Program-made: the position numbers and the translations under genes
From: Chromatiaceae bacterium
Lineage (GTDB): Bacteria > Pseudomonadota > Gammaproteobacteria > Enterobacterales > Alteromonadaceae
Assembly: GCA_033838465.1 (NCBI GenBank)
Contig: JAJLKZ010000005.1
Coordinates: forward strand, 242,129-306,128
Direction: 5' to 3'
DNA length: 64,000 nt
The notes under the pieces: model-generated
The model's input: the letters and a program-made list of their open reading frames with translations, nothing else
Databases searched by the model: none
Told to the model about the DNA's origin: nothing
Shown here: positions 47,013-59,263 of the stretch, piece by piece
Position numbering within the stretch: position 1 is the first letter of the stretch
How the letters are laid out: every line of letters begins with the position of its first letter

Positions 47013-47735
47013 CTATAGCCTGAATTGCTCGCCAAGGTATACATCGCGTACTTTCTGATTGGCCAGTACCTCTTGTGGTGCACCAGAGGCAATCAGTTCG
47101 CCATGACTGACAATGTAGGCGATTTCACACACATCAAGGGTTTCACGCACATTGTGGTCGGTAATCAGTACCCCAATACCCCGTTGTGCCAGGTGCTGGA
47201 TAATTTTTTTAATGTCCAACACTGAAATAGGGTCAACACCGGCAAAGGGTTCGTCCAGCAGGATAAACGCCGGATTAGCCGCCAGAGCGCGGGCAATTTC
47301 TACCCGGCGCCGCTCGCCACCGGATAAGCTCATGCCCAGGCTATGTTTGATGTGGCCGATATGAAACTCTTCGAGTAACTCGTCAGCAATTTCTTCCCGT
47401 TGGGTGCGGCTTAAGTCTTTACGGGTTTGTAAAATAGCCAATAAATTGTCGTACACGCTGAGCTTACGGAAAATAGAGCTTTCCTGCGGCAAATAGCCGA
47501 TACCGCAACGGGCCCGCTCATGAATTGGGCTGAAAGTAATGTCCTGTTCATTAAGGCTGATATGGCCTTTATCAGAGGGCACCAAACCCACAATCATGTA
47601 AAAGGTGGTGGTTTTACCGGCGCCGTTAGGGCCGAGTAAGCCAACAATCTGGCCGGCGTTCACCGACAGGCTGACATCCTTTACAACTTGCCGGCCTTTG
47701 TAACTTTTAGCCAGATGTGAGGCGACTAACTTCAT
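47013..47735 (-). CDS. lptB: LPS export ABC transporter ATP-binding protein
   Basis: Walker [10 protein letters not shown], signature LSGGERRR, Walker B ILLDEP. Conserved position. Confidence 0.95.
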   Translation of the reverse strand: MKLVASHLAKSYKGRQVVKDVSLSVNAGQIVGLLGPNGAGKTTTFYMIVGLVPSDKGHISLNEQDITFSPIHERARCGIGYLPQESSIFRKLSVYDNLLAILQTRKDLSRTQREEIADELLEEFHIGHIKHSLGMSLSGGERRRVEIARALAANPAFILLDEPFAGVDPISVLDIKKIIQHLAQRGIGVLITDHNVRETLDVCEIAYIVSHGELIASGAPQEVLANQKVRDVYLGEQFRL

Positions 47736-48238
47736 GGATTGTTCTTTTCCTCTGGCGTAAAAATGGTAGTGACCCGCTTAGAGTCGTTACTTTCTGCACT
47801 GAGCTGCTTTTTCTCGACGTTATAGCGGATAACCGAGGCTTTTACTACACTGCCACTTTGTGTCAGTTCGGCATCACCGCTCAGCGTCAGGGTTCGGCTG
47901 GATGGCTCGTAACGCATTTGCGCTGCCGTAGCGGTTACCGGCTGGCCGTTATCCAGTTGTTGTGAGTAACTTACCGGGCTGCCGGTTGCGGTATACACCT
48001 CTTTACCTTTGCCGGCACTGGCATCAATTTCCAGTTGATCGGCTTTCATTTGTAAAGAACCTTGTGTTATCAGCACATTAGAGCGGTAGGTGAGGATATT
48101 TTCCTCTACCGACACCAGTTGATCGGCGTCTATTTGAATTTGCTGGCTGTAGTCTGGTTGGGCGGCGCTAAGGTTAGCGCAGCCAAAACATAATGCTAAA
48201 AAAAGCTTAGTTTTCATTCTGATATACCGTTTTGTCAT
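47732..48238 (-). CDS. lptA: LPS transport periplasmic protein LptA
   Basis: OstA-like beta-jellyroll repeats. The signal peptide starts at an internal Met ([11 protein letters not shown]), so the true start may be ATG 48217. Confidence 0.85.
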   Translation of the reverse strand: MTKRYIRMKTKLFLALCFGCANLSAAQPDYSQQIQIDADQLVSVEENILTYRSNVLITQGSLQMKADQLEIDASAGKGKEVYTATGSPVSYSQQLDNGQPVTATAAQMRYEPSSRTLTLSGDAELTQSGSVVKASVIRYNVEKKQLSAESNDSKRVTTIFTPEEKNNP

Positions 48239-48761
48239 GCTTTAATAGCTGGAAGGTTTTATTTTTCAGGTCTGCATTAATACCGCGGCCGAGAATATAA
48301 AACCCCTGACCCTGAATTCTAACCGGGTGATTATTAATCAAGGCATTGCTGGGAAACAACATTTCCAGTTGCTCGGTTTCAATACGTTGGATCAATTCGT
48401 TTTGTTGCTGACTGACAATTTGTACCTTCTGCTCCAGAATAATCTTATCCTGCGGGAACCACACTGCATAGCGGCTGCTGGCACGCCAGCTTGGCTGCTG
48501 CTGCGCGTTGTACAGGGTATACACAGGTTGTTCAAACTGGGTAAAACCGAGTTGAGCAAAATGTTCTAGCCGCTCTGCACTAACAGTGTCAGCGAGCAAG
48601 CCCTCCGCGTTGTATAGCCTTCGGGTGACATTTTGTGCGACATAATCTGGCAACAGCTCTTGATCGGTCTTTAGCGGGTCTGTCAGCTCTGCCGGTTCAA
48701 ACCACAGGTAAAGTGCTGTTGCGGTTAATGCCAGGACCACCAGGGTCAGCAGTTTTCTCAT
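48207..48761 (-). CDS. lptC: LPS export system protein LptC
   Basis: 184 aa with a single N-terminal TM segment. Sits between kdsC and lptA. Confidence 0.85.
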   Translation of the reverse strand: MRKLLTLVVLALTATALYLWFEPAELTDPLKTDQELLPDYVAQNVTRRLYNAEGLLADTVSAERLEHFAQLGFTQFEQPVYTLYNAQQQPSWRASSRYAVWFPQDKIILEQKVQIVSQQQNELIQRIETEQLEMLFPSNALINNHPVRIQGQGFYILGRGINADLKNKTFQLLKHDKTVYQNEN

Positions 48762-49312
48762 GCGCTGCTTCCGTCGAACAAACCAAATTTGTGCTGACTG
48801 ATAAGCAGTAAATCACACAGTTCTCTGACGGCGCCAAAGCCACCATTTAAACAGGTAGTATAGGTGGCATGCTTAACCAGATAAGGGTGCGCGTCTTTTA
48901 CTGCTACCGCCAGACCGCAGTGCTGCATAACCTGCCAGTCGGCCAAGTCATCGCCAATGTAGGCAACATTGGCGGCGTTTAGTTGCAACTTTTGCAGCAA
49001 CTCATTAAAGGCGGCAAGTTTATTTTCCTGGCCCTGATATATGTATTGCACACTGAGTGCTGTCATACGCTGCTGCACTATGGCTGAATTACGGCCGGTA
49101 ATTACCGCGACCTCTATGCCAGCCTGACGCAGCGCTTTAATACCGTAGCCATCGCGGGTGTGAAAGGCTTTTAGCTCTTCGCCATTATTACCCAGGTAAA
49201 TGCGGCCATCAGAAAATACGCCATCAACATCGCAAATCAGCAGTTTTATCTGGCTGGCGCGCTGCAGCAATGGCTGGCTGACATTTTGATACAGCTGGCT
49301 AAACAGGGACAT
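48758..49312 (-). CDS. kdsC: 3-deoxy-D-manno-octulosonate 8-phosphate phosphatase
   Basis: HAD motifs (LLICDVDGVFSDG, GDDLAD). Conserved position. Confidence 0.9.
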   Translation of the reverse strand: MSLFSQLYQNVSQPLLQRASQIKLLICDVDGVFSDGRIYLGNNGEELKAFHTRDGYGIKALRQAGIEVAVITGRNSAIVQQRMTALSVQYIYQGQENKLAAFNELLQKLQLNAANVAYIGDDLADWQVMQHCGLAVAVKDAHPYLVKHATYTTCLNGGFGAVRELCDLLLISQHKFGLFDGSSA

Positions 49313-50281
49313 CTACATTACTCCGGCGCGTAATAAGTCATGCATATTCATCGCGCCAACCGGGAATTTGTGCTCATCGACAATAATAAGACCGTTAATT
49401 TTTTTCTGCTGCATAATTTGCAGCGCTTCGGCTGCCAACATCTGCGCATTAGCGGTGATACAGGTTCGGGTCATTACTTCGGCAATCTGGCTGCTGTGAA
49501 TGTCGATACGTAAATCCAGTAAGCGGCGTAAATCGCCATCGGTAAAAATACCGACCAGGCGGCCATCTGGCGCGGTAATCGCAGTCATGCCCAAGCCTTT
49601 TTTCGAAATCTCCAGCAAGGCATCTTTGATCGTGGCATTGCTGGGCACCACTGGCAGCTCTTCACCACGGTGCATAATATCTTCAAGCCGCAGCAGCAGC
49701 TTACGCCCCAGACTGCCACCAGGATGTGACAGGGCGAAATCGTCAGCTGAGAAACCACGCGCATCCAACAAAGACACCGCTAAGGCATCGCCCATCGCCA
49801 GCGTTGCTGTGGTGCTGGCCGTGGGGGCTAAGCCCAGTGGACAGGCTTCTTGTTCTACCTTGACACAAAGATGGGCATCGGCCAGTTTAGCCAGGGTAGA
49901 AGCCGGGTTGCCGGTCATGGCAATAAGTTTTATGCCCAGGCGTTTAATCACTGGCACTATGGTTAACACTTCGGCTGTTTCACCGGAGTTCGAAATAGCA
50001 ATAACAACATCATCCCGGGTCAGCATACCCAAATCACCATGGCTGGCTTCACCAGGATGGACAAAAAATGCCGGCGAACCTGTAGAGGCCAGAGTGGCGG
50101 CAATTTTACTGCCAATGTGGCCCGATTTACCCATGCCCGTGACAATGGTTTTACCTCTGCTGTCTAAAATAAGCTGACAAGCCAGATCAAAACTGCCATC
50201 CAGATACTGCTGTAACTGAGCAACCGCTGCGGCTTCAATTTTCAGTACCTCGGCAGCGCGGCTTCTAAAATCGGTGTGCAT
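49313..50281 (-). CDS. kdsD: arabinose-5-phosphate isomerase
   Basis: SIS domain (GMGKSGHIG) plus two CBS domains. I prefer ATG 50281 (MHTDFRSRA). The ORF-track start 50371 would overlap yrbG. Confidence 0.9.
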   Translation of the reverse strand: MHTDFRSRAAEVLKIEAAAVAQLQQYLDGSFDLACQLILDSRGKTIVTGMGKSGHIGSKIAATLASTGSPAFFVHPGEASHGDLGMLTRDDVVIAISNSGETAEVLTIVPVIKRLGIKLIAMTGNPASTLAKLADAHLCVKVEQEACPLGLAPTASTTATLAMGDALAVSLLDARGFSADDFALSHPGGSLGRKLLLRLEDIMHRGEELPVVPSNATIKDALLEISKKGLGMTAITAPDGRLVGIFTDGDLRRLLDLRIDIHSSQIAEVMTRTCITANAQMLAAEALQIMQQKKINGLIIVDEHKFPVGAMNMHDLLRAGVM

Positions 50282-50297
50282 ATAACGTCTCTGTCTG

Positions 50298-51275
50298 TTA
50301 ACGGTTAAGGCTGTAGAACAGTAAATACTGATAACCGGCAAAAGCTGCCAGCAGTATAGCGCCTTCAGCACGGTTAATGCGTTGAATGCGTCCTAAGCGC
50401 AACGACATTAACAGCATCATCAGCGTGGCACCCAGCATAACGTAGCCATCACGACCTGCCGCCATAGGGTCCAGACTCGCCGGACCAATAACGGCGCCTA
50501 ATCCGAGTACAGCGAGAATATTAAAAATGTTAGAGCCAATAATATTGCCAAGTGCTAAATCGTCTTCACCTTTTAAAATACCAATGACACTGGCGGCCAA
50601 CTCCGGCAGGCTGGTACCAATAGCAATAATCGTCAGGCCTATGACGAGATCGCTAAGGCCGGCATAGCGGGCAATCGTTACGGCGCCGTGCACCAGCAAC
50701 TGAGAACTGGCCAGCAGCAGGGCTAAACCGGCGATTACCCATAATATGGCTTTGAACAGCGGCACCGGCTCGGGTAATTCGGCATTGATTTCAGCCACCA
50801 GTGGGTCATCAGTACGGGCGTGTTTGCCCCAGTACACCAGCAAACAAAGAAAACTAACAAAGGCTACCAGCAGTAATATCCCTTCAGTGCGGGTTAAGGC
50901 GTTGTCTGAGATAAAGTAGTAACCCAGCACGGTGCATAGCACCAACAGCGGGTATTCACGTTTTAGCGTTAAAGATGACACTGCAATGGGCTTAAGTAAG
51001 GCGGCTGCACCGATAACCAACAAAATATTGGTGATGTTGGAGCCCAGCGCATTACCAACAGAGGTATCGATGCGGCCTTGCCAGGCGGCACTGGCTGAAA
51101 CCAGCATTTCTGGTGCTGATGAGCCCATGGCAACAATGGTTAGGCCAATAACCATAGGAGAAATACCCGCCGTGCGAGCGACAGAGGCGGCGCCAAATAC
51201 AAAACGGTCTGCACTCCAGATTAATAAGATTAAGCCGACCACAACAAAAATAATGGCTAATAATAGCGGCGACAA
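50298..51275 (-). CDS. yrbG: Ca2+/Na+ antiporter (CaCA family, YrbG)
   Basis: Two alpha-repeats (GSSAPE, GTSLPE). I prefer TTG 51275 (AAGGAA SD, product about 325 aa starting SPLLLAIIFVVVG). The ORF-track start 51380 adds a non-hydrophobic 35-aa extension. Confidence 0.85.
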   Translation of the reverse strand: MSPLLLAIIFVVVGLILLIWSADRFVFGAASVARTAGISPMVIGLTIVAMGSSAPEMLVSASAAWQGRIDTSVGNALGSNITNILLVIGAAALLKPIAVSSLTLKREYPLLVLCTVLGYYFISDNALTRTEGILLLVAFVSFLCLLVYWGKHARTDDPLVAEINAELPEPVPLFKAILWVIAGLALLLASSQLLVHGAVTIARYAGLSDLVIGLTIIAIGTSLPELAASVIGILKGEDDLALGNIIGSNIFNILAVLGLGAVIGPASLDPMAAGRDGYVMLGATLMMLLMSLRLGRIQRINRAEGAILLAAFAGYQYLLFYSLNR

Positions 51276-51522
51276 AGCAAATTCCTTTAGTGTTACGAGG
51301 CGATCAACGGTTATTTTCCTGCTTATTGCCATTAATTGCAAAAAAAGCTGTGCTCGTGTGCAGTCATCGATTTTTCGCACAGTTTGTTACGATTTTTTGT
51401 AACGACTTTATCGGGCAACACGTTTACAATATTGCAGCTTAACCGGACCTTGGATTGAAAACATACAGTGTTGTATGTATATTGCGTCCCAATGAGAGTG
51501 AGCCTGCAGGCAGGCAAAGAGA

Positions 51523-52332
51523 GTGAATTTGGCAGATATTCTGATTGATATACAGCAACTGAACTTCAGCCGGGGTGAGCGCGTAATTTACCGCGATCTG
51601 AATATGCAGTTTGCCCGTGGCAAAGTCACCGCCATTATGGGCCCCAGTGGCATAGGTAAAACGACGTTACTGCGGCTGATTGGCGGTCAGTTAAAGCCCA
51701 GCAGTGGCAAGATACTGTTTGACGGTCAGGACATTCCGCAACTATCGCGCCGGGCGTTGTACCAGCTGCGTAAACGCATGAGCATGTTGTTTCAAAGCGG
51801 GGCCTTGTTCAGTGAAATGTCGGTGTTTGATAACGTTGCTTTTCCGATCCGTGAACATACCAAGCTGCCGGAGTCTTTGATCCGGCTGATTGTGTTAATG
51901 AAACTCGAAGCTGTTGGGCTTAGGGGCGCACGGGATTTAATGCCGGCAGAGCTGTCCGGTGGTATGGCAAGGCGGGCAGCGTTGGCGCGTGCCATAGCAC
52001 TGGATCCTGAGCTGATTATGTATGATGAGCCCTTTGCCGGACAGGACCCTATTTCTATGGGCGTGATAGTACGGCTTATCAAGTCGCTGAACAATGCACT
52101 GGGGTTAACCTCAGTGGTGGTGTCACATGATGTGACTGAAGTGATGAGCATTGCAGATTACGTCTATGTTGTGGCTGAGCAGACAGTCATTGGCGAGGGT
52201 ACGCCAGAGCAATTACGGGCGCACCCGTCGCCACTGGTGCAGCAATTCTTGCAGGGTGAAGCTGACGGCGCTGTGCCGTTTCATTTTAAAGCGGCACCTT
52301 ATGCCACTGAGCTTATGGAGTTAGCCAGGTGA
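51523..52332 (+). CDS. mlaF: phospholipid ABC transporter ATP-binding protein MlaF
   Basis: Walker [10 protein letters not shown], signature LSGGMARR, Walker B IMYDEP. GTG start. First gene of mlaFEDCB. Confidence 0.92.
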   Translation: MNLADILIDIQQLNFSRGERVIYRDLNMQFARGKVTAIMGPSGIGKTTLLRLIGGQLKPSSGKILFDGQDIPQLSRRALYQLRKRMSMLFQSGALFSEMSVFDNVAFPIREHTKLPESLIRLIVLMKLEAVGLRGARDLMPAELSGGMARRAALARAIALDPELIMYDEPFAGQDPISMGVIVRLIKSLNNALGLTSVVVSHDVTEVMSIADYVYVVAEQTVIGEGTPEQLRAHPSPLVQQFLQGEADGAVPFHFKAAPYATELMELAR

Positions 52333-53111
52333 TCGCAGATAACTTACAACGACTTGGCGCAGCGACGATTAATAGCATAACCGGTTTTGGCCGGGCGGGG
52401 CTGATGCTGTTTGGTGCCCTGATCGGTAAACCTGACATTCGTAAAGGTTTTCCGCTGCTGATTAAACAGCTTTACGTGATTGGTGTTTTATCACTCCTGA
52501 TCATTCTGGTGTCGGGACTCTTTATCGGCATGGTGCTGGCGCTACAAGGGTACACCGTATTAGTAAAGTTTGGCGCCGAACAAATGTTGGGGCCTTTAGT
52601 TGCCCTGAGCCTATTACGTGAGCTTGGTCCTGTGGTTGCGGCATTGCTGTTTGCCGGACGCGCCGGCAGTGCCCTTACCGCTGAAATTGGCCTGATGAAG
52701 GCGACTGAACAACTGTCCAGCATGGAGATGATGGCAGTTGACCCATTGCGGCGTATTATCGCCCCGCGGTTTTGGGCCGGCGTAATCAGCTTGCCTTTAC
52801 TTGCCATCATTTTCACTGCGGTAGGTATCTTAGGCGGACATTTAGTCGGCGTGGATTGGTTGGGTGTAGATGGCGGTGGCTACTGGTCTGCTATGCAGGC
52901 TAACGTTGATTTTTACGAAGATGTGCTTAACGGCGTGATTAAAAGCGTGGTGTTTGCGTTGATCGTAATATGGATAGCCCTGCACAAAGGGTTTGATGCC
53001 GTGCCGACCTCAGAGGGTATAAGCGCAGCAACAACACAAACTGTGGTAACAGCGTCACTTGCTGTATTAGGTTTTGACTTTATTTTAACTGCATTAATGT
53101 TTGGTGGATAA
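52329..53111 (+). CDS. mlaE: phospholipid ABC transporter permease MlaE
   Basis: 260 aa permease. LLRELGPVV...GRAGSA motif. Confidence 0.92.
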   Translation: MIADNLQRLGAATINSITGFGRAGLMLFGALIGKPDIRKGFPLLIKQLYVIGVLSLLIILVSGLFIGMVLALQGYTVLVKFGAEQMLGPLVALSLLRELGPVVAALLFAGRAGSALTAEIGLMKATEQLSSMEMMAVDPLRRIIAPRFWAGVISLPLLAIIFTAVGILGGHLVGVDWLGVDGGGYWSAMQANVDFYEDVLNGVIKSVVFALIVIWIALHKGFDAVPTSEGISAATTQTVVTASLAVLGFDFILTALMFGG

Positions 53112-53113
53112 CA

Positions 53114-53578
53114 ATGACCACACGGAAAATTGAAATTTTAGTTGGTGGCTTTATCGTTTTGGCTTTGGCGGCTTTTTTGATGTTGTCATTAAAAGTCGCG
53201 AACAGTGGTCTTGGTGGCAACGGCGAAACCTACAAGTTATACGCTAAATTTGACAATATCGGCGGCCTTAAAGTGCGTTCACCGGTCAAAGTTGGTGGGG
53301 TTGTGGTTGGCCGGGTGGCGGCTATTGAGCTGGATACGACCTTTTACACGCCGGTTGTAACGCTGGAAATCAGCAGCCAGTATAACAACTTTCCTGAAAC
53401 CAGTACCCTGGCCATTCTGACCTCTGGTTTATTGGGTGAGCAATATCTGGGCTTGCAGCCGGGCTTTTTAGATGAAACGGTTGAAATTCTGGTGGCCGGT
53501 GATTACATCGAGGACACCAAGTCAGCCTTAGTACTTGAAGAGCTGATCGGACAATTCTTATTTAACCGCGGGAATTAA
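53114..53578 (+). CDS. mlaD: outer membrane lipid asymmetry protein MlaD (MCE domain)
   Basis: N-terminal TM segment plus MCE domain (GGLKVRSPVKVGGVVVGRV). Confidence 0.9.
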   Translation: MTTRKIEILVGGFIVLALAAFLMLSLKVANSGLGGNGETYKLYAKFDNIGGLKVRSPVKVGGVVVGRVAAIELDTTFYTPVVTLEISSQYNNFPETSTLAILTSGLLGEQYLGLQPGFLDETVEILVAGDYIEDTKSALVLEELIGQFLFNRGN

Positions 53579-54225
53579 TGATGAAAGTACATGCTTTATT
53601 GATGGCGGCAGTGCTGGTTTTTAGTGGCGCAGCCGCAGGTGCGGATACTCCTACTTATGATGATCCCTATAAGATGATGGAAGTATTGGCCGACAATACG
53701 TTCAGTCGTATTGCCAGAGACCAGAGTAAGATCAATGCAAACCCGGAAGTGTTACGCGATATCGTTAATGAAGAGCTCGTGCCTTACATCGACAGCCGCT
53801 ATGCTGCGTTGCGAGTCATTGGTAACAGTGCCGATTTACGCCAAACACCGCGTGATGATTTACTGGCGTTTGTTGACGCTTTTCAAAACTACATGGTTGC
53901 CACCTACGCTGGCGTTTTTACCCAGTATAAAGACCAGAAAGTGATGATTGAGCCGGGCCGTATTAACGACAGCCAGAAAATTATCAGCATTAAAACCCGC
54001 GTGATTGACCCAGGCAAACCGGACATCAATATTGAGTTTAAGCTGCGTCGTGGCAGAGACGCAGGAAACTGGCTGGTGTTCGATATGGTAGCAGAGGGGA
54101 TTTCATTGCTCGATAGCAAACGTGCCGAACTGGGTAATCTGATCCGGCAGCAAGGTTTAAATAGTGTCACTGCATTGTTGGTAGAAAAAGCCAAGGCGCC
54201 GATCACCAATCCGGAGGAAAAGTGA
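53578..54225 (+). CDS. mlaC: phospholipid-binding periplasmic protein MlaC
   Basis: Signal peptide and Tgt2/MlaC-like sequence. Conserved position. Confidence 0.88.
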   Translation: MMKVHALLMAAVLVFSGAAAGADTPTYDDPYKMMEVLADNTFSRIARDQSKINANPEVLRDIVNEELVPYIDSRYAALRVIGNSADLRQTPRDDLLAFVDAFQNYMVATYAGVFTQYKDQKVMIEPGRINDSQKIISIKTRVIDPGKPDINIEFKLRRGRDAGNWLVFDMVAEGISLLDSKRAELGNLIRQQGLNSVTALLVEKAKAPITNPEEK

Positions 54226-54515
54226 CACTGAATATCGTCAAACAAGATCAGTGGCTGCGTTTTACCGGTGTGTTAAATCGTGATACGTTAATGCTGTATT
54301 CACCCTTTACGTTGTTAAATGAAGCTTCAGGTGAAATACAGTTTGATTTAGCGAAATTAACAGCGATTGATACCGCGGGGCTCGCCTGGTTATTGCAACA
54401 GCTGGCACAAGCTAAACAGCGCGGTGTCGTAATTGCATTATGTAATGTCCCCAAACAGCTGTTATCATTAGCCGACGTAACGGCCGTGCGGCCGTTATTG
54501 CCGATTAGCGATTAA
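54222..54515 (+). CDS. mlaB: STAS-domain protein MlaB
   Basis: 97 aa with STAS-like IDTAGLAWLL motif. Conserved position. Confidence 0.85.
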   Translation: MTLNIVKQDQWLRFTGVLNRDTLMLYSPFTLLNEASGEIQFDLAKLTAIDTAGLAWLLQQLAQAKQRGVVIALCNVPKQLLSLADVTAVRPLLPISD

Positions 54516-54524
54516 GGTTTATCT

Positions 54525-54782
54525 GTGGACACGAAACAACTAGAGCAGCTATTAATTGATGAGCTTCAGCTGACTGAAGCCAGGGTAAGCGCTGAAGGCT
54601 CGCACTATGCGGTAATTGCTGTGGGTGAGTGCTTTGCCGGTCTTAGCCGGGTAAAGCAGCAACAAATGGTATACGCGCCCATTATGGCGGCGATAGCTGA
54701 CGGCAGTATTCATGCCGTTAGCATTAAGACCTTTACCCCACAGCAGTGGCGTAGAGAACAACTTTTAAATCCTCCGATGTAG
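54525..54782 (+). CDS. ibaG: BolA-family protein IbaG (YrbA)
   Basis: GDGSH-type motif (AEGSHYAVIAVG), SRVKQQQMVY, IHAVSIKTFTP. GTG start. Confidence 0.88.
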   Translation: MDTKQLEQLLIDELQLTEARVSAEGSHYAVIAVGECFAGLSRVKQQQMVYAPIMAAIADGSIHAVSIKTFTPQQWRREQLLNPPM

Positions 54783-56059
<1,277 letters not shown>

Positions 56060-56061
<2 letters not shown>

Positions 56062-57196
56062 ATCGACGCAATTCCCGAACTACAGCGTTTATCGTAAGGA
56101 GTTGACCACTGCGGTCAACCGTCAATGGCAAGGTTGAATTGGGTGGCGTTTCGGCAATCATATTTAATGCTTGTTGCACACTGTCAAAGCGTTGACCGCC
56201 AATTTTAAGCAGGATATCGCCGACTTGCAGCCCTGCTTCTGCGGCGGGGCCATTGGCGTTAACGGCAGTGATACTTAAGCCGTACAGCACCTGGCCAGAG
56301 GAAATTAACCGCTCGCCGGCCGCATTTATTACTGCGTCACCAGATACGCCAAGATGGCTACGCGTGACGCGGCCTTGCTTAATCAGTTTTTGCATGACAT
56401 TAACGGCTAGTGTGTAAGGTACGGCAAAGAAGATGCCCTGAATATCCTGATTCTCGAGCTGAAACGCGGCGGCATTAATGCCCACTAAGGTGCCATTGGT
56501 ATTGACTAAGGCACCGCCGGAATTTCCGCGATTTATCGCAGCGTCCATCCGCATAAAGTCGATATAACCACGCGAACTTAAGCCATTATTACCATTCGCA
56601 CTAATAATACCCTGAGTGATGGTTTGGCCCAGATTAAGCGGATTACCTATGGCCAGCACCACATCACCTACCTGCGGCTCGAGCTTATTGTCTTGTGGAA
56701 TGACTGGTAAATTATCAGCCTGAACATACAGCACTGCTAAATCAGTCAGCTCGTCCTGACCAATCAGCACGGCTTCGAGCATACGCCCATCCTGTAGCGC
56801 TACTTCAATATAGTCGGCACCGTACACAACGTGATAATTGGTCAGAATATACCCCTGGCTGCTCATAATGACACCTGAACCCAGCTCCTGCCGTTCTATA
56901 GTTCGGGGTCTCAGTGCGCGCGGGTCTACCAGTGTACTGCGGGTGTAAACATTGACCACAGCCGGCGCTGCGCGGCGCACTGCACGGCTATAGCTGACCG
57001 GGGGCGTATGGTCGCTGGCATCCTGACTATTAAAGCTACTAAAAGCTGGCAGGTTAATTGATGGCATTAGCCAAAGCAGAATAAAAGCAAGCGCCAGGCC
57101 GTACAACGTACTCTTAACTAGAAAAACGAGGAATTTCGCCACAGCGCCAGCAATTTTTATAAGGAAAAGATGTTGATAGCATAACATTAAACCCAC
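56060..57196 (-). CDS. degS: outer-membrane-stress sensor serine endopeptidase DegS
   Basis: Trypsin-like domain (GNSGGAL) plus a single PDZ domain and an N-terminal TM anchor. The true start is probably internal (for example GTG 57142). Confidence 0.85.
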
Positions 57197-57235
57197 TGAA
57201 GCAGTAGCGTGCTGCTACCGCTTCAGCTGATAAGG

Positions 57236-58585
57236 CTAGCGGATTAACACATACAAGGTCGAGTTACCGCGTTTAATATTTAACGCTGCTATACCGCTGC
57301 GACCTTCGAGTGCTTTGCGCAGCGCCGCCAGGTTCTCTACCCGTTGGCGGTTAACGCCCAGAATGACATCATCTGCCTGCAGGCCAATTTGCGCAGCGGG
57401 TGAGTTGTTTGCGACACTGTCAATTTTCACGCCGCCATTGGTGTTCGACAGCTCTGCACCTTCCAGCATAGGATGTAGCTGGTTGGCGGCAACCTGACCG
57501 CTTGAGAGTTCCTGCAGCTTGACTTTAACTTTGCGCTCTTTGCCGTCACGTAAAATGCCAAGTTCAGCCTCGCGACCTGCACCCAAAGTGGCGACTTTAG
57601 CCCTGAGCTCAAGGAAAGAGTTAATGCGGTTGCCATTCATACTGATAATGACGTCGCCGGATTTTAAGCCTGCTTCTGCTGCTGCGCTATCCGGCAGCAC
57701 CTCATTTACAAATGCACCGCGGCTGACACTTAAGTTCATTGCTTCAGTTAAATCTGCAGAGACATCACCGCCCCGGATCCCCAGGCTGCCACGGCGGATT
57801 TCACCATACTCAATAATCTGGTCGACCAGATTTTTCATCATATTAACCGGTATAGCAAAGCCAATGCCAATATTGCCGCCATTCGGGCCCAAAATGGCGG
57901 TATTAATACCGATTAATTCACCGCGAAGGTTGACCAGCGCGCCGCCAGAGTTACCACTGTTAATAGCGGCGTCGGTTTGAATGAAGTCTTCAAACCCCTC
58001 AATACCCAAACCGCCCCGGCCTAGTGCACTGACAATGCCAGAGGTGACGGTTTGCTCAAGGCCAAAAGGGTTGCCAATAGCAATAGCAAAATCGCCTACT
58101 CGCAGCTTATCAGAGTCTGCTAATGGAATTTGTACCAGTTTATCCGCTTCAATTTGCAGCAGCGCGATATCACTTTCCGGATCAGCGCCCAGCTTTTTAG
58201 CCTTAAAGGTGCGGCCATCTTTTAGGCGCACTTCGATGTTTTGCGCATCCTCAATGACGTGATTATTGGTAACGATATAGCCTTTGTCAGCATCGATTAC
58301 CACGCCTGAGCCCAATCCGCGGAATGGTCGCTCTTCGCGGTATTCATTCGGGCCACGCTGGCCAAAAAAATAACGGAAAGCTTCTGGTAAACGCTGGCGC
58401 ACTTCGCGGCTACCCTCAACAGAAATATGTACCACCGCGGGGGTAGCTTGCTCCAGCATCGGTGCCAGTGAGGGCATTTCTTTATCATTAGAAAAAAACG
58501 GAATTCGGGCCTCAGCTACAGGGAGTGCAGAGAAGGTCAGGGCTGCCACCACGGCAGCACTTAGCACGGAAAACTTCTTATTCAT
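57236..58585 (-). CDS. degQ: periplasmic serine endoprotease DegQ/DegP family
   Basis: Signal peptide, catalytic GNSGGALVNL, two PDZ domains. Confidence 0.9.
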   Translation of the reverse strand: MNKKFSVLSAAVVAALTFSALPVAEARIPFFSNDKEMPSLAPMLEQATPAVVHISVEGSREVRQRLPEAFRYFFGQRGPNEYREERPFRGLGSGVVIDADKGYIVTNNHVIEDAQNIEVRLKDGRTFKAKKLGADPESDIALLQIEADKLVQIPLADSDKLRVGDFAIAIGNPFGLEQTVTSGIVSALGRGGLGIEGFEDFIQTDAAINSGNSGGALVNLRGELIGINTAILGPNGGNIGIGFAIPVNMMKNLVDQIIEYGEIRRGSLGIRGGDVSADLTEAMNLSVSRGAFVNEVLPDSAAAEAGLKSGDVIISMNGNRINSFLELRAKVATLGAGREAELGILRDGKERKVKVKLQELSSGQVAANQLHPMLEGAELSNTNGGVKIDSVANNSPAAQIGLQADDVILGVNRQRVENLAALRKALEGRSGIAALNIKRGNSTLYVLIR

Positions 58586-58678
58586 AGCGTATTAGTCTCC
58601 TAAAAGCAGTGTGCGACTAAGAACGTGTCTCAATAAAAAAAGTTCAGCTTAGCTTTTTGCTTAATGTAACAATTTATT

Positions 58679-59119
58679 TTATTGCGCAGGTTTACGCTCT
58701 TTAATCAGGCCGCTGGCTTCGCCGGAATAGTCTCGGGGTTGCTGCTCTGCGGTAGAATACACCCTTCTTTTCTCGTCTATCTGGTGCAGTGACTGGCGGA
58801 TATAAGCTGCCGTATCGCCTGACAGATAATTAATGTCCTGCTTCACTGATTCTGTTGGCCGCTCGACTAACTGCATGCGTGAATCAGCAATATGACGGGC
58901 AATACGGGCGTAGTTGTCTTGTAATTGTGTCATCAACTGATTGGTGGTTTCCAGATGGGTTGACACATCTTGCCGGTACTGCTCCAGCTGTGCCTGGCTT
59001 TCTGCCAGCTCAAGTTTTAGTTTGTGTTGGTCCAGCTGACGCAGTGTTATAATGCGGGCAAGTATTGCGCCTATTATTACACCGGCGGCCAGCCAGGCAC
59101 CTGCGTACATATATTCCAT
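58679..59119 (-). CDS. zapG: Z-ring associated protein ZapG (YhcB)
   Basis: N-terminal TM segment, coiled coil, C-terminal PRDYSGEASGL motif as in E. coli YhcB. Confidence 0.85.
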   Translation of the reverse strand: MEYMYAGAWLAAGVIIGAILARIITLRQLDQHKLKLELAESQAQLEQYRQDVSTHLETTNQLMTQLQDNYARIARHIADSRMQLVERPTESVKQDINYLSGDTAAYIRQSLHQIDEKRRVYSTAEQQPRDYSGEASGLIKERKPAQ

Positions 59120-59263
59120 AACAACTCCTGCGGCAACGTTGTTGCCTGTTTTATCTGCTTTCCTGCAATAGTGTAACCTAACTTCTTATCCGCAGTGGTA
59201 AGGCATGTTACTATTATTGCTGATATTTAAGGCTGAGCGGCGCCACTTTCAAGTAATAATGCC

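Noticed and set aside
49500-50177. 225-aa plus-strand ORF opposite kdsD
   Set aside because: A shadow ORF antisense to a well-supported SIS/CBS protein. The sequence is S/P/A/R-rich with no motif.
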